Shown here in pieces: positions 40,697-55,300 of a DNA stretch of 64,000 bases (its first letter is position 1; each line of letters begins with the position of its first letter). The notes beneath the pieces are model-generated. The model was not told the DNA's origin. It was given only the letters and a program-made list of their open reading frames with translations, and made no database searches. The stretch is from Octopus vulgaris (Eukaryota): contig OX597814.1 in assembly GCA_951406725.2 (NCBI GenBank), positions 86,304,001-86,368,000 on the forward strand, written 5' to 3'. Position numbers and translations under genes: made by a program.

Positions 40697-42220
40697 TAAA
40701 TATTAAATATCAGGAATGGTATAAAAAGAATTGTAAAATATTTTGTGTATTGTAGAAGCATAAGCAATTTACTGCACATGAATTTTAACAACAAAATCTT
40801 ATATAGACCCCCCAAGGGGAGGGGGGGAATAAGGAGGGAGGAACGAACTAAATGTGGGCACTAGAAATTTAGGGCAAAAGAGAGTGTGATTATTAAATGG
40901 AATGGAATATTAAAAACTGAACCTCAGATAAATAGAGTAATAAGAACAATAAGAGCAGAAGAGACTAAAAGGAGCTGATGTATAACAAATTCAATGTGCC
41001 TTAACTAAGTCCTGAAAGTTGAAATAAAAAAAAAAAAGTTATGAAAATATAAAAGAAAAAGTGACTCATCAGTCACCATCACCATCACAGCTACTGCTAA
41101 TACCAGTTTCCTAAATATTGGAGTAAACACATTTTGTCTCAGCATATGGCTGGTCATAAGTGAATACCACTCATAAGGTCCAATGAGGCTGAAATGCTTT
41201 TGGCATTCTATCCAGCTGCTAGGATGATTTTTGTCTCCCTCTGATACATATATATATATATATATATATTGTTTTCAAACACAGTATAGCCATAAGAGAT
41301 GTTATCACTGGACAAATACTGCAGTAAATTGCCTTTCAACAATAATATGTATACATTAAGTATGATTCACAGATGGATATTTTATCTAATACTACTTCTA
41401 TTGCATATAAAGGATTAAAGTGATATTCAAAATAAAAAACTGCCAAAATACTATAACTACCAAAAGCCACAACAAATAACAACACCACCATAAACTCTAC
41501 AAATAACAGCACCACTGCCACCACAATCACCAATTATGATCACTACTACACTATACTATCTCATGATCACGTAAACTACCATCATTACTATTACTGCATG
41601 GCCACAGTCACAACTGCCATCACCACCACTTTCACCGTCACATTGATGGTAGTGAGAGCACTGATGGTGATAGTAGCCAATGTAGTAGTTATGCATAATG
41701 ACAGAAAGCAAACCTTTACTTAGAGCAGTTGCAACCGACCATTTAACGATGATGACAATGACAATGATGCCGGCAATGAAGGACAAGATGTCATTAGAGA
41801 CATTCACTTAAACAGACAATTAAATTCATATCACTCCCAAAGTGGAGAAACTTCTCTGAGACTGGTTTGTAATCAATATCCTAACTGCCACACCTACTTC
41901 CTCATTTGCAAAAACAATCATCATCATTAACCTCACCTTCCCCCCCCTTTCCATCAATGACCACCAATACCAGCTACTGACAAATAATCTAGTTCCAAAA
42001 AGCCAAAAGCAGGTCATAGCGTGACCAGTTCATTTTCCCATGGGGCCTGTTAAACTGGCATTTGGTTTCACTGTGGAATCAACCAATTGTTTAGTCTCTT
42101 AATGTCTTCAGACACTGACACAGTCACCACCAATACCCGCCCGCCTTGCCACTAGCAACCCTACCACCTTAACACCACTATCAGTACCTTTCCAGTGTTA
42201 CTACTCCTACCAAGACATTA

Positions 42221-42760
42221 CTTTTACCACCAAAACCACCACACCTCATTGCCGTTACCACCACCACCACCACCAACATCGACACTAACATTACCACTGC
42301 CAAGACCAACACCCACTCCTTGTTACTACCTCTCCCATCTAGCCTCTATAAATTGCACATCACCACCACCACAACCACCAAACCCTTTTTTTCTCACCAC
42401 CTTTAAAACACTCAATTTATCCAACTCCAACCCCTCATATTCACCCACTATAATCACTCCACCCACCACTGCCACAACCACCACCATCTTCCTTACTATA
42501 TCACCATTGCCACCACCATCTAGATTCATTAACAGACAATGCAGCTTATGCACCATTTCTCTCATGCTGTCACCAGTAACACTAAACTATTTACTGACTC
42601 TACCTCACACCATTACTCATTTCAGCCATCTTGTTTTCTTTCACTCTAAACACTCACTCAGCTTCTTTCACTACCACTGCTACCATCACCACTACCACCA
42701 CCAGCTGACATGTGCCTGTCATTTCAGATGCAAAGATCCACCAATGACAATACTATACAT

Positions 42761-42797
<37 letters not shown>

Positions 42798-44247
42798 CTT
42801 AAGCACATACATTTATATACTAATGGAGCTCAGTGTGTGTGTGCACGTGCACATGCATGGACACGCACATACTTGCCTTACTCCCAAGAGCAATTTGCAT
42901 ATATATAAATGCACGAATACATGCACACACGCACACACAAAGCAGAGAAAATAATAAAAAAATATAGAAGAAAGTATGCACAGAGAAAGAAACAAAGGCA
43001 TTGGTAGAGGAGGAAAGAAGTTTCCAAATAAACCAGATGCTGCGAGGATGCTACAATGACTGAGCACTGTAGCAGCATGATACAGACGGCCAGCAGAATC
43101 AAAGATGACAACAAGAAAATTAACTCTGTGCATAGGTAGGCACAATACAACCTGACTAGCAGTTGCACCGAAGCTGAAATTGAAGCAATCAGCAACAAGC
43201 TGTTCATTAGGATTTGTGCAATTGGAAACAGCTCGATAGAGTTTCAGAGCGCGAAACAACATTGCATTCCCAATGCCACTTGGAAGGTAAATGGAACCAT
43301 GCATACATGTTGCATGCACACACATTGCATGTATTTGTATGTGTGTTATAAACATGATGGTGCATTTGCATGTGTTGTTATCTGCAAATTAACCTTACAA
43401 AGTAAAAAAAGAACTTGATACTTCAGGTAGAGAAATTTTATTTTATATATTAGTTCTAGCCATTTTACTTCTTGTTGCTCAAAGTTTCATGCACTAAGGC
43501 AATGCTCCTACAGAAGTGGCTGATGAAAACAAAAAAGACTCTGTTATGAATAGGTAATACAATACTGCATGTATCTATAAATATGAGCTATATAGAACAA
43601 ACATAGTATATTTTGTCAAACTAACACTTATGAATTGAATTGTGTGTGCATGTGTGAGGAGAGGGGGTTGTTTTTCCATGCTAGAATGGGCTGCACAGGA
43701 ATTGATGCTGTGGAAAGATATTCACAGCCACACATCGTTCCTGTTGCCAACCTTCATGCGTTTTTCAGGTAAGGGATTTCAAGTCCTTCAAAAACACAAA
43801 GCAACTTGTAATGTTAACAAGGAACATGACATCACCATTGTTTCACTCCTTATGTATTATATGCATATACAACATGTAGTATAAGATACATATGTATCTC
43901 TATTCCCAACTAAAAGAAGATATGAACACACACGTGTGTATACAAAAGTTGAGAAGAGATACAGCATCTCTTTATATACATATATATATATATATCAATA
44001 TATGTACACATGCACACACGCACTTTTACCACCAAAACCACCACACCTCATTGCTGTTACCACCACCACCAACATCGACACTAACATTACCACTGCCAAG
44101 ACCAACACCCACTCCTTGTTACTACCTCTCCCATCTAGCCTCTATAAATTCCACATCACCACCACCACAATCACCAAACCCCTTTTTTCTCACCACCTTT
44201 AAAACACTCAAGTTATCCAACTCCAACCCCTCATATTCACCCACTAT
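42221..44247 (+). repeat. ~225-bp direct duplication (42221-42449 and 44023-44247)
   Basis: cttttaccaccaaaaccaccacacctcattg...cccctcatattcacccactat occurs twice, with a few substitutions and one CCA-repeat indel. Confidence 0.95.
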
Positions 44248-44937
44248 GTGCGTGTGTGCATGTGTACATATATAATTTGCATATAGTGAATGTGTGTGTG
44301 TGTGTGTTGAGGGTTGGTATGTGATGAAAGAGCAAGTGCAGTTGCCATGCAATAGAGATACAAGGCTACTTTATGTTACATAAGAGTGGTTGACATAGTT
44401 GAAAAGCTGTAAAAACAGAAGTGGTGATAGGATGCTGGAGCATCTCAAGATACAAGATGGGTAAAAGAGAGGATGCAGACAGTGGATCACAGGGGTGGAT
44501 AGAAGGGGAGGTTTCATAATAGTGTTGGGAAAGATAGCCAGAAATGGGTGTAGAGGTGAATGTAGCAACTGAATTTGAGAGATATAGGAGTGGCTGCAGG
44601 GGGGGGGGGTACGTAGAGTGTGGTGGTAGATATGAGAAAGCAATGTGGGTGACAGCAGATAAGCAAGGCTTAAGAATGGAGTTAGCAGAGGAGAAAGAGA
44701 GAGAAAGTAAGGACTAAAGGTACAGAAAGGAGGTGATTTGGAGGAAATAGTGTGGGCAGGGATGATAATGAGAAATGGAAGTGGTTCCAAGGAGGGAAGA
44801 AGGAAGATAACTGGAAGGCAGGGGCTGTAAAATGTATCTATTTTACTCTCAGGTGATCACAGTAGCTGAGTAGTACCATAGATAGAGAAGTGATGGAAGT
44901 TAAGGGATGATATGTGATAATGGGGATATCGGTGAAG

Positions 44938-45092
44938 GATAGCTGTGTGGTAAGAGGCTTCTTTCCCAACCACATGGTTCTGGGTTCAGTCCAACTGCAT
45001 GGCACCTTGGGCAAGTGTTGTCTACTATAGCTTCGGGTTGACCAAGGCCTTGTGAGTGGATTTGGTAGACAGAAACTGAAAGAAGTCCATTG

Positions 45093-45134
<42 letters not shown>

Positions 45135-45362
45135 TCTTTGTGTCAGGGTTTGTTCTACACCACTGTTTGACAACCAGTGTTGATGTGTTTATGCCACCAT
45201 AACTTGGTGGTTCAGCAAAGAAACTGATAGAAGAACCAGGCTTAAAGAAAAAGAAAAAAATAAGTATTGGGGATGGGGGTCGGTTCAATGAACTAAAAGT
45301 TCTTCATGGTGGTGCCCCAGCATGGCCACAGTCTAATGATTGAAACAAGTTAAAACAATAAA
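44938..45362 (+). mobile_element. CORE-like SINE, full length
   Basis: gctgtgtggtaagaggcttc...gggttcagtcc...ggcaccttgggcaagtg...(TG)n...ggtgccccagcatggcc. Confidence 0.8.
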
Positions 45363-47151
45363 AAGGTACAGAGAATATACCTAAAATCTTATGTAAGTAT
45401 CATTCAAAGTCAAATGAATGCCTCGATTCACTTGTTCTAAATCAGAATCAAAAGTACGCATAACTGGTGCAGTGATAGAGCTCTGCAACCAAAATGACAA
45501 CAACAACAGAAGACATACTATTGTGATTACAATAACAACAGAAAAGAGTAGCAACAACAATAGTAGCAAAAATCATAACCGCAAGTGTAAAGAAGGTTGG
45601 CAAAAAATTGTTATTGTTGTTGTTTTTCTTCTTCTTAGCAATAAAGGTGACCAATAGTTTCTTTGATCTTCAATCAAATACAGACTACATGTCAGATTTT
45701 CAGCACTGGGACCTCCATAAGACTTTTATTGCATAAAAGTAGTTTGTTGTATAAGTGTGTGAGACTGAGAGAGAGTAAGAGTGCTTTATTTGCTGGTGTG
45801 TGTGAATGCATACATATTCTTGTATGTGAGTATATGTGTAAGTGTGTGTGGCACATATTCAACAGTACAACAATTCGCTATAGCTATATACAATAACAAG
45901 CAACAAACCTGGAAAACCCACACAATCTATTTGTCATCAGTTCCCTACAAAGCCATAACACTTACTTCAAACCAATCTCTTCCACCCATATCATAATCAA
46001 ACTGCTGGTACCCTTTTATGTCATACTTCCACCACCCAGTCGGTTAATCTCCCCACCTCACCCCCATTTACCATTAGCAGCCAGCAATATTAACACTGCC
46101 ACTACCAACACCATCATCATCACTGCTGTCATATTCTTCACTATTTTCATTACTATCATTTAGCTCATCATTTTTATCATAGTTACTCATAAGAAATAAT
46201 CATCGTTATCAGTTGTCATTATTATCATCATGATCATCGCTTAATGTTATTGTTATAATAATAATAACAACTTGCAATTACTATTACTATTATTGCATTA
46301 TTTTATTTATCTATAAGAAATTATTAGCTGCAAAAGCATCATAACCATCATCAGTTTTACCAATGTATCTTTATTACTGTTTTAAGAGTTAAAAAGTAAA
46401 TAAATAAATCATCGCCATCATCAACATCCTGAAATCATTATTATAGAAATAGATATAAAAAACAACAGTGTGAGAAAAATGTGACAAGTGTTTGTAGTCT
46501 CACTGCCAGCTCTCCAACATTTTCTTATAAAACTCTTAGCACCTCTCTACACTACATAACTCCTACCAAAAACAAGCTTGTTGCCATGGATGCAGAAGTG
46601 CAAAGGTAGGGGAAGGTGACTGGCTTCAATCAATCTATCTTAACCCAAACTTTTTTTTTTGGTGGTTATAGCAAGAAAATAATTCTTTACAGTCCCATGG
46701 TGCTATTTCTACCACTACCAACAGTACTCGTCACTACTACTACTACAACTAACTAATAATATCACTGCTACTATGATCAGAACCACTGTTTCCAAAATCA
46801 CCACCACCACCATTTCCAATACTGATTAAATCACAATCATCACAGTCACTACTACTACCACCATCAATGATACAACAACCTCAAACATTACCAAACAAAA
46901 ACAAAAAACAGTGGGACTATCTTAATTATCATCATTGCTACTATGACACCACCACAACTATCATCATACCACTCACCTACAATATCACTACCACAACCAT
47001 CAATTAAGGAAGTGAAACAAAAAGTTTTTAATATAACTCCTCCCAAGACAAAAACTCTTTGTTAAATTTCAAGTGAATAGCATCAAACATCACAGAGTTA
47101 TAAAACATATCTACCACATGTAGTCACATGACAGATCATCTTCCTCTTACT

Positions 47152-47962
47152 TCAGAGATTCTCAATGTGGGCATACCAGGGGGACTCCCAAGGGAACATT
47201 GATCCTGTCAAAGGAAGTATTAGGCTTTAGGGGTCAGTGAGGAGGATTCAATGAGAGGGTCAGTGAGGTAACATAATTAACATACTAAATTTTACCTATA
47301 GTAGTAATTATATTATACATGATAAAACTAGTAATGGGAATTAAAATGAAATGATAGACAAATAGTGTAGTCCTATTTCAACCAGGTTGAGCAACTGCGT
47401 AGAATCTACACAATCGCTCACCATGATATAGAAAATTTAGTTAAGTAACCATGCCAGTGCTGGTGTCACTTGAAAAGCATTCAGTCTACACTGTAAAGTG
47501 GTTGGCATTTGGAAGAGCATCCAGCTGTAAAACCTTGCCAAAACTAATCTCATCTGTGCTGGTGCCATGTAAAAAGCACTCAGCCCACTCCGCAGGGTGG
47601 TTGGTGTTAGGAAGGGCATCCAATCATAAAAACCATAACAAAACAGACACAAATGTATAGTGCAGTCTTCTACCTGGCCAGCTCCTGTCAAACCATCCAA
47701 CTCATCCCAGTATAATGATGATGATCTCATCAAGCACAGGAAAGTCAAACTTGCAATATATGAAATAAATTTACAACTTTTGTCTTTATTTTTTTATTAT
47801 TTCCTTGTTAAAGGCTCATATAATTCGTTTTTTCAGTAAAATTTATAAATCATCATTTATGTTAAGTTAGTTTAGTCATGATACTTCACTCACAACTTAG
47901 AAGGGCGCTAGGCATAACTACTTAAAAAGGGATGCTACAAAGAAAAATGGTTAAGAACCAGT
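47152..47962. mobile_element. hAT/Charlie-like non-autonomous element interrupted by an RTE-related SINE-like repeat (47450-47715)
   Basis: Ends cagagattctcaa ... ggttaagaaccag; internal gtggttggtgttaggaagggcatcc repeats. Confidence 0.4.
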
Positions 47963-50769
47963 TTTACTTCATTACCATGATCCTGTTTGTCCACAGCAAT
48001 ATCCCTACCTGACATCTACTTCATCAAGGAGATATTTTATTTTCTTTGCTCTATTAACACTATTTCCAGCTCACAAGTTTCATGTGGGTTTTTTTTAAAT
48101 CAGAGCTGTGGGGTTTTTACTATTATTAAAACCTTGATTTTAAGAAACATTTGGTTCAGAATCTTTCTATTGTATTATTATCATTTTAACATCCTCTTTT
48201 CCATACTTGCATGGGCCCAACAGAGTTTATTGAGGCAGTTATTCTATGACTGGACACCCTTCCTGTTTCCAAGCAAAGTAATACTTTCCCATGACCAGAC
48301 ATGTTCTTGCAGAATATTGGAAATGAATGGCACTGCTTGTATGACAGTGACACTCATTTACAACTACCATGCAATGTCAAGACAATGGTACAGACACACA
48401 CACAACAGGCTTCATTCAGTTTCTATCTACCAAATCCACTCAGAAGGCTTTTGATAAGCCTGGGGCTATAGTAGTTGCCCAAGATACCACAGAACTGGAT
48501 GCAGAACCATATGGATGGGAAAGGTTCAGTCCTACTGTGTGGCACCTTGGACATTAGTTAATTATAAAGTCTATTAGCAAGAGTTTATTCTGATATATTT
48601 CAAACCTTCAATAGACAGAATATTTCTAATGAAATACCCTGTCTATTGAAAAATAATCAAGGACTTGCAGAGATTTAATAATTATAAAGCTAGTATTTAG
48701 AATATAACTTAAACAAAAAAAGAGGATTTTACATAAAATTTTGGTGGAAGGTTTTCATTTTGTAAGAACACTTTGAAAAGAGAGATCTTGTATTACATAA
48801 CTAGAGGCATTTTTAAGTAGGATGGTACTGAAATAATTAAACATAAGGATACAACAAACCAAACTGTGACATGATAAACAACCAATGACTATGTTTTGTG
48901 GAGACATTTAGTTTTAGAGTAATATGGCAAATATTGCTTTTAGTACAACACAATCATGTCTTGAAGCTTTTGTTACATTGTTACCAATGTCTTTTAAACT
49001 CAAGGGACTTAGTTCAGTTCTATTAACTAGATGATAGATAAAATTCTCTTGGAAAGGATGCAGATTTATCTCAAATGATCTAGTACTTATTCCCAACAGC
49101 TAGCTAAACTGAAGCATGCAGTTATGATTAAGTTATACTAATAATGAAGTAAATATATTGCCTAAATACAAAACAAAATTCTTGCCTTAGATTTGAACAC
49201 AAAATCCTTAAGCTGATAATCAGTTAGTTCCTTTATTTTATACAGAGAAAGAGAGAAAAGAGAGGCATCACATGACCAGACACATGGTAACCAAAATGTA
49301 ACGAAGAAACATCATACAGTTGAGAAATAAACAGAAAACTGAAAAAAACAAAAAAAAAGCACTTGTAACTATCTTTTTTATTAATCACTCATTTTAAGCA
49401 TTCAGATTACTTTGTCAAATATTTATTCACTTTGTTTTGAATTAATCATACATTATTTCATAGCTATGAGATATTACATGATGTTTTTTTTATTTCAGTC
49501 ATTATATTATGGCCATGCTGGGGCACCACCTTAAAGACATTTTAGTCAAATGAATTGACCCCAATACTTATTTTTAAGCCTGGTCTTATTCTAATGATCT
49601 CTTTTGCAAAGTTATAGAAACATAAACATTCCAATACTAGTTGTGAAGCAGTGGTGGGAGACAAAGACACACACACAAAACAGACTTCTTTCAGTTTTCA
49701 TCTACCAAATCCACACTTTACTGTAGCCCAAGGCTACAGTGGAAGACACTTGTGCAAGGTGCCAAACAGTGGGTCTGAACCCAAACCAATGCAGATGGGA
49801 AGCAAGCTTCCTACCACATAGCCATGCCTGTGCCTATAATTTGATTGTTGGTTTTTTTTTTAGTATGACATTGTATGGAAAGCATGAGCAGTCAGATCTG
49901 GTTGATTTGAATATAAAACAGGTTGGGTATTTTAACCACGGATTCAGATTTGAGAGGCATGCAATGAATAAACAGGTGTGAAAATAAGTGACAGGCAATG
50001 AAATTATCAACAGTTGGGTGAAGGAGAATGATGATCCAGCCCCCTGCTCTGCATGGGCATTTATTCAAATTGATCAATTCGTAGAAATAAACAGCAACAC
50101 TCCACTAACACAAACGATATAAAACACTGGAGAAATGTAGCTGCTAATGGGGTGCCATGATATTAATCATGGAAAAGGTGTAGTGGATAAGCAGTCATAC
50201 TCAAAGCAGACAGTACAAGAATGATAAGGGTTGGAAAAAGCTTAGAAATATATTTGTAGATTGTAGTAGAACAGTTTGTTTTGAAAGTAGGAGAGAAAGT
50301 TGGTGTGCTTGGGTACACAACCATTTAAAGAAGTTGGTGGTAGTGGTGGTGGTGGCAACAATTACAACGTTGATGATGATAATGATGATGCTGAGTAGCT
50401 CTGGTTAGTTTTGCTTAGAAAGAACTATAAAACATAGCAAACTAAATGTCCAAGACTGTCGTGGATGAACTATGGATCACAGGCCTTTCTGAAGAATGAC
50501 ATCCCTAATACAAAATTACCTAAAGATCTTTTAGCAGTGTTGCCTGCCTGATGATGAGCTAGGTCTTATGTGGTCCCATTTCTCAAAAAAAGATCAAGGA
50601 AGGCCACCTCTATCCATTGGATCCAGAAAAGATTTTGATATGTTTCCTTAGGTTGATTTTGATCCTTAATAGCAGGCTTGCTGTCCTCATCTTCAGATTA
50701 TTTTAAAGAAAAGAGTTTTTCATTTTTTTTTTTGTGGCCAGGTTCTAACCCAAGCCACAGCAACTAAAT

Positions 50770-51050
50770 CTACCTGCCACACCTCCCAGTCCAACATCAC
50801 TTCCTCAAGGTCCTGGATACATTCCAGGCCAATGTCTTTGATCAAGTTGTCAATTTAAGTGTGACAAAGTTTTCCTCTCCTTTCATCACCATGAAGTGGG
50901 TTCCACCAGACTAATTTGGATGCTTTCAGTTCAGGGTAGCGCACACAGTAACCAGAGAGTCACAGCCTTTTTGCCTGATCTTCTTGCTAACATTCGACAG
51001 GTCTCCACTAAGCCATTCATTTGATGAGGGAAACTCGGTAGCTTTTGGTC
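50770..51050 (-). mobile_element. RTE-like LINE 3' remnant
   Basis: Minus-strand broken translation GDLSNVSKKIRQK..LSGYCVRYPELKASKLVWWNPLHG..RGKL..IDNLIKDIG..MLDWEVWQ. Confidence 0.6.
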
Positions 51051-52184
51051 AACCAAGCAACTAATTTCAAAAATACCTGGTTTTGTTTCCTTATATCAAT
51101 AGTTCATAAAACACTAGTGGTGCCCTCAAGAAATACCCTCAGATATTTCTATATTTACTCCATTTTAAAGAATATCAACAGATATGTTTTATAACATGGT
51201 CAATATCATCATCATCATCATCGTCGTCATAACCTACATCATTTTAAAGGATATTTATAACTCAGATAATATGAATATCATCAACATTGTTTAAAGAAAG
51301 AAAGAGAGGGAGAGAGAAAAGAAAGGAGGAAATGAGTAATTATCAAAAATATAATTATCAAACATTCATGAATGCAATCAATAGTAGTGATCAGGCAATG
51401 AAAATCTAATGGCTCACTTGAGGATGGTCAATGACAGTAATGGAATGAAAGCACCATCAAACAGACTGTATCAGATCGAGGGGTGAGTAAGCAGACAGAT
51501 AGAGAAATTATGCGAAGTAAACTGCTCGAGTCTTGTTTTGTAAGAGGTAAAGAAAATTATTGTGAGAACAAGAAAAGCCAACTAACTTTCTGACAGATGT
51601 ACCACAGCTTCCACTGACAGAGTCATAAACAAAATTAATGAAGCCACAAGGTCATAAATTAGCAATCAACTCAAGAACTAATTAAGGTCTTTGCCAAACT
51701 GAAGCCATCAATCAATTTTAAAGATGGGGGTAAAGAACAGAGGAAATTTCCTGGATGGACAGTCTCTGCTATAACACTCAATATAATACATTATCACTGA
51801 TACACTGACCACATAACTACAACAGATACCTATAGTGTTTACTAGTGACAGTGACCACACAATCACTACAAACAAGTGACTGAGCTACCATTAACTATTA
51901 GTAATTTCATTAACAATATCACCACAAGCAACCACCATCACAACCACCATGCACCATCATTAACCACTACAAGAGAACTTAATGATTTCAATATGAAATT
52001 AACCAGCCTGACCACATTCTATAGAGTGAAGTAATAACATGACCACAGAGATGAGTCCTTTTGCTTCAATATTTAACATGTCACCATTTCAATCCCAACT
52101 AATGTTATTTCCAGTTAATAATTTAGAACTGAATGCTAAGGAGAGTTAGAGTTTATTATTGTTATTATTAATAATATTAATAAT

Positions 52185-52398
52185 GGTTTCAAATTTTGCC
52201 ACAAGGGCAACAATTTGGCAGGGCAGGAATGAGCCAATTACATTAACCCAAGTGTTTCACTGGTACTTAATTTATCAACCCCAAAAGGATGGAAGGTAAA
52301 GTCGACCTCGGCAGAATTTGAACTCAGAACGTAGCAACAGGTAAAATACCACTAAGCATTTCACCCAGCATGCTAACAATTCTGCCAGCTCGCCACCT
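52185..52398 (-). mobile_element. SINE (same family as 32820-34076); further copies at 57132-57332
   Basis: ggtttcaaattttgccacaagg...gtcgacctcggcagaatttgaactcagaacg...gccagctcgcc. Confidence 0.75.
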
Positions 52399-55300
52399 GA
52401 ATAATAATATCTCAAACAACAATTACAATTATTCAAACTCAGAATGTTTACATCCCTTTACATTTTGCACTAACATTCTTCTAGCGGTCATTTGATTAAT
52501 ACCAGTCACATACTGGTTCAGTTAAATTAACGTCACCTCCTTCCCCTACAAATTTGTGGCCTTGGGCCAACAAAAGAAACCGTTATTATTATCAGTATTG
52601 TAATTACCTTGACTTTCAGTTTATGTATGCCTCTTCTAGTTAATGCCATACCAGGCCATTATAATCAAATTGAGAGATAGGCAATGATTTCACAAAATGT
52701 ACCTATGGAATTACAGTGGTGTGTGTATGTGTGTGTCTTCACACAGTTATGCTAATTTGCAAAAGCCTCCTATTATGATAATTATGTGTAGCAGAGGCAG
52801 TTTAACCCATTAGCATCCAGATTACAATGCCAAATGTAATGCTTATTATTCACACTGTTTTGAATTAATCATGCATTATCTCATAACTTCAACATTTTTT
52901 TTCATTAGAATGATATAGTAGGATAGGTGTGAGAGGCCAGATCTGGCTGGTTGAGACATAAAACTGATCAAGTTGGATATGGCTAGTCAAACTTGTAGGG
53001 AGAGAAAATTGAAAAGTTATGGCATTCATCTCATCCATCTAAAAAGTACACAAGATCATAACCTAGACATACTGCTTTACTTACAGGGACAGTTAACATG
53101 GGGATTAAAATTGATACAGTATGCCTCCACAAAAGCTATTTTGGTACGAATATGTTATATACTGAAAACAGTAATGTATCAAGTCTAAGAGAGGAAGCCA
53201 AGGTATACTCTAATGGCAGAGTTTAGTTCTATGTCAAAGCTATCTCCACTCATGTGTTCAATCAACATCATCATCAATTTAACATCCACTTTTCCATACC
53301 TGCCTCAGTTGGACAAAATTTATTGATTTTTGTTATAGCTTGATACCCTTCCTGTCACTAACACTCACCTGTTTTCAAGCAAGGTTAATATTTTCCCATG
53401 GTCTTGCAGAATATTGGAAATGAATGATGATGACAATCATTTACAACAATCACACAATATCACGACAAGGAGACACAAACACACACATGTGTAGACAACA
53501 GACCTCTTTCACTTTTCATCTACCAAAGCCACTAACAAGGCTTTGGTCATCCCATGGCTAAAGTAGAAGATACTTGCCCAAGATGCCATGCAGTGAGACT
53601 GAACCCAGAACCAAGTAGTTGGAAAGTAAACTTCGTTCATTTTGTTTTTTTAAATTGATAAGGAATATTCTCCTTGTTGCTATTTAGCCCCAACTCAGCA
53701 TTGATTGAGCTGATCAATGGTCAAAGGTGTTCCAGCTGTGACCATCCCTTAATTATCTTTCTTTTTTATTTCCCTGACACAGTGTATATCAAACTACATT
53801 ATCAAATGTGATCTTTCCTTTCTTAACATGGTAGGGTATGGTAAAAGAAACTTGGCTGCTATTTCTAGCAAGATGAGTAACAATGAAAAGGCTTTTTCAT
53901 TGGTCATCATCATCATTATTATCATTTCATTGTTCACCTCAGGTCTGTTGTAAAATAAATGTTCCAGTTAAAAACCAAAACACAGAATTGAAAGTGTTTC
54001 TCACAATAGCACTACCAAAAACAACAATAACTTATTGAAAATATTATTGAGCTCTAAGCATAGATGAATGAGAGAGAGAATTCTACAGAGTCTACACAAA
54101 ATGCAGAAGTCTCTTAACTATAGCCCCTACACCAAATCTGCTTGCAGTATTACCATAACTTTCACTAGTCAATAGATTTGAGCTTTAGTGTGCACACAAG
54201 AGATTTTACTTATATTTGAAAGAAACTGTCCAATTCTAGGGACAATTTTATTACAATGGACTAGCAGGATTATCTCTTAATCTAAAGAGTTGCAGGCGCC
54301 AATGGAAGAGGGAGAGAATGAGTGGAAGAGAAACAGATGGAAGGAGAGATGCAATCTAAGCAACAACAGCAGCAACAACAAAAACTTTCTTTGCCAGAAT
54401 TTAATTAATAAAAAAAAGCAATCACTTGCTTTCTCTTTGGGTTTCAGAAACAAAACAAAAATAAAAGCTACCAAATTTATTTGGCATTTCCAAAACGAGA
54501 TTTCTGCTCACATAGGGGACAACTGTCTTCAATATAACAATTTAGATCTACCAACATAACACAAAGAAATCCCAACAGAAATTATTTTCTCCTCCCAACT
54601 TACCTTCATAGACATTGCTCTTTTTGAATTTTTACAATATTTTTTTTTTAAATATTTTCAACCAAGATAAGAAAAAAATGGTGCCAAACAAATTTATTTG
54701 GGGAAAGAAGAAAAAAATTAGTTTTAATTGTTCACTTCTTCATCTGTTTTTCTCATCCACCAACATTTCTTCTTCCTTGCCTTTATTTTCAACCTACTCA
54801 AAGCAACCCTATTATCATTACTAATATCATCAACAATTATTCTATCTTCATCATCACCCACTCTTCCCCTACTATTCTTCTATTTATATATATATATATT
54901 TATCTACCTGTTTTTATAATACACACACACACACACACAATTTCTGTGTGTATGTTTATGTGCATGCACACATGCGAGTGTATGTATCATGTATCTGTCC
55001 CCTTTAACGACATCAACAAATTCTGCCTCTAAAACAGTAAAACAACAACCTTCAATTTCACCCCACAATTAGTACATCTTCCACAATAACAACAGTCGTG
55101 GCAACACCTTAACATCTTCCCCCGCCACTGCCACCACCGCCAACACTTATCATCACCCAGTGCCACTACCACCAAACATGGCTCCTCCAGAATCTTTGTT
55201 GTTCACTTGAGCGATTACTTTAACACCATCCGCGCCAAAGTTTTTCAGGAGCAGAATGAATTGCCACTAAAGAAAATAAGACAAAAAATAAACAAAAAAA

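Noticed and set aside
42975-43290. Telomerase RNA, 7SK, SRP or snoRNA identity for the structured island
   Set aside because: No CUAACCCU template, no recognisable conserved motifs, and no clear H/ACA or C/D boxes.
42813-43355. 180-aa minus-strand ORF, and the plus-strand frame interrupted by one TAG
   Set aside because: No recognisable domain, and ends lie in low-complexity DNA. Treated as a non-coding island instead.
42221-44247. LTR retrotransposon (direct repeats as LTRs)
   Set aside because: No TG...CA ends, PBS, PPT or TSD. The first copy is continuous with the surrounding low-complexity sequence.
50545-50575. CTGATGA hammerhead/box C-like motif
   Set aside because: No stem II-GAAA and no convincing box D with terminal stem.
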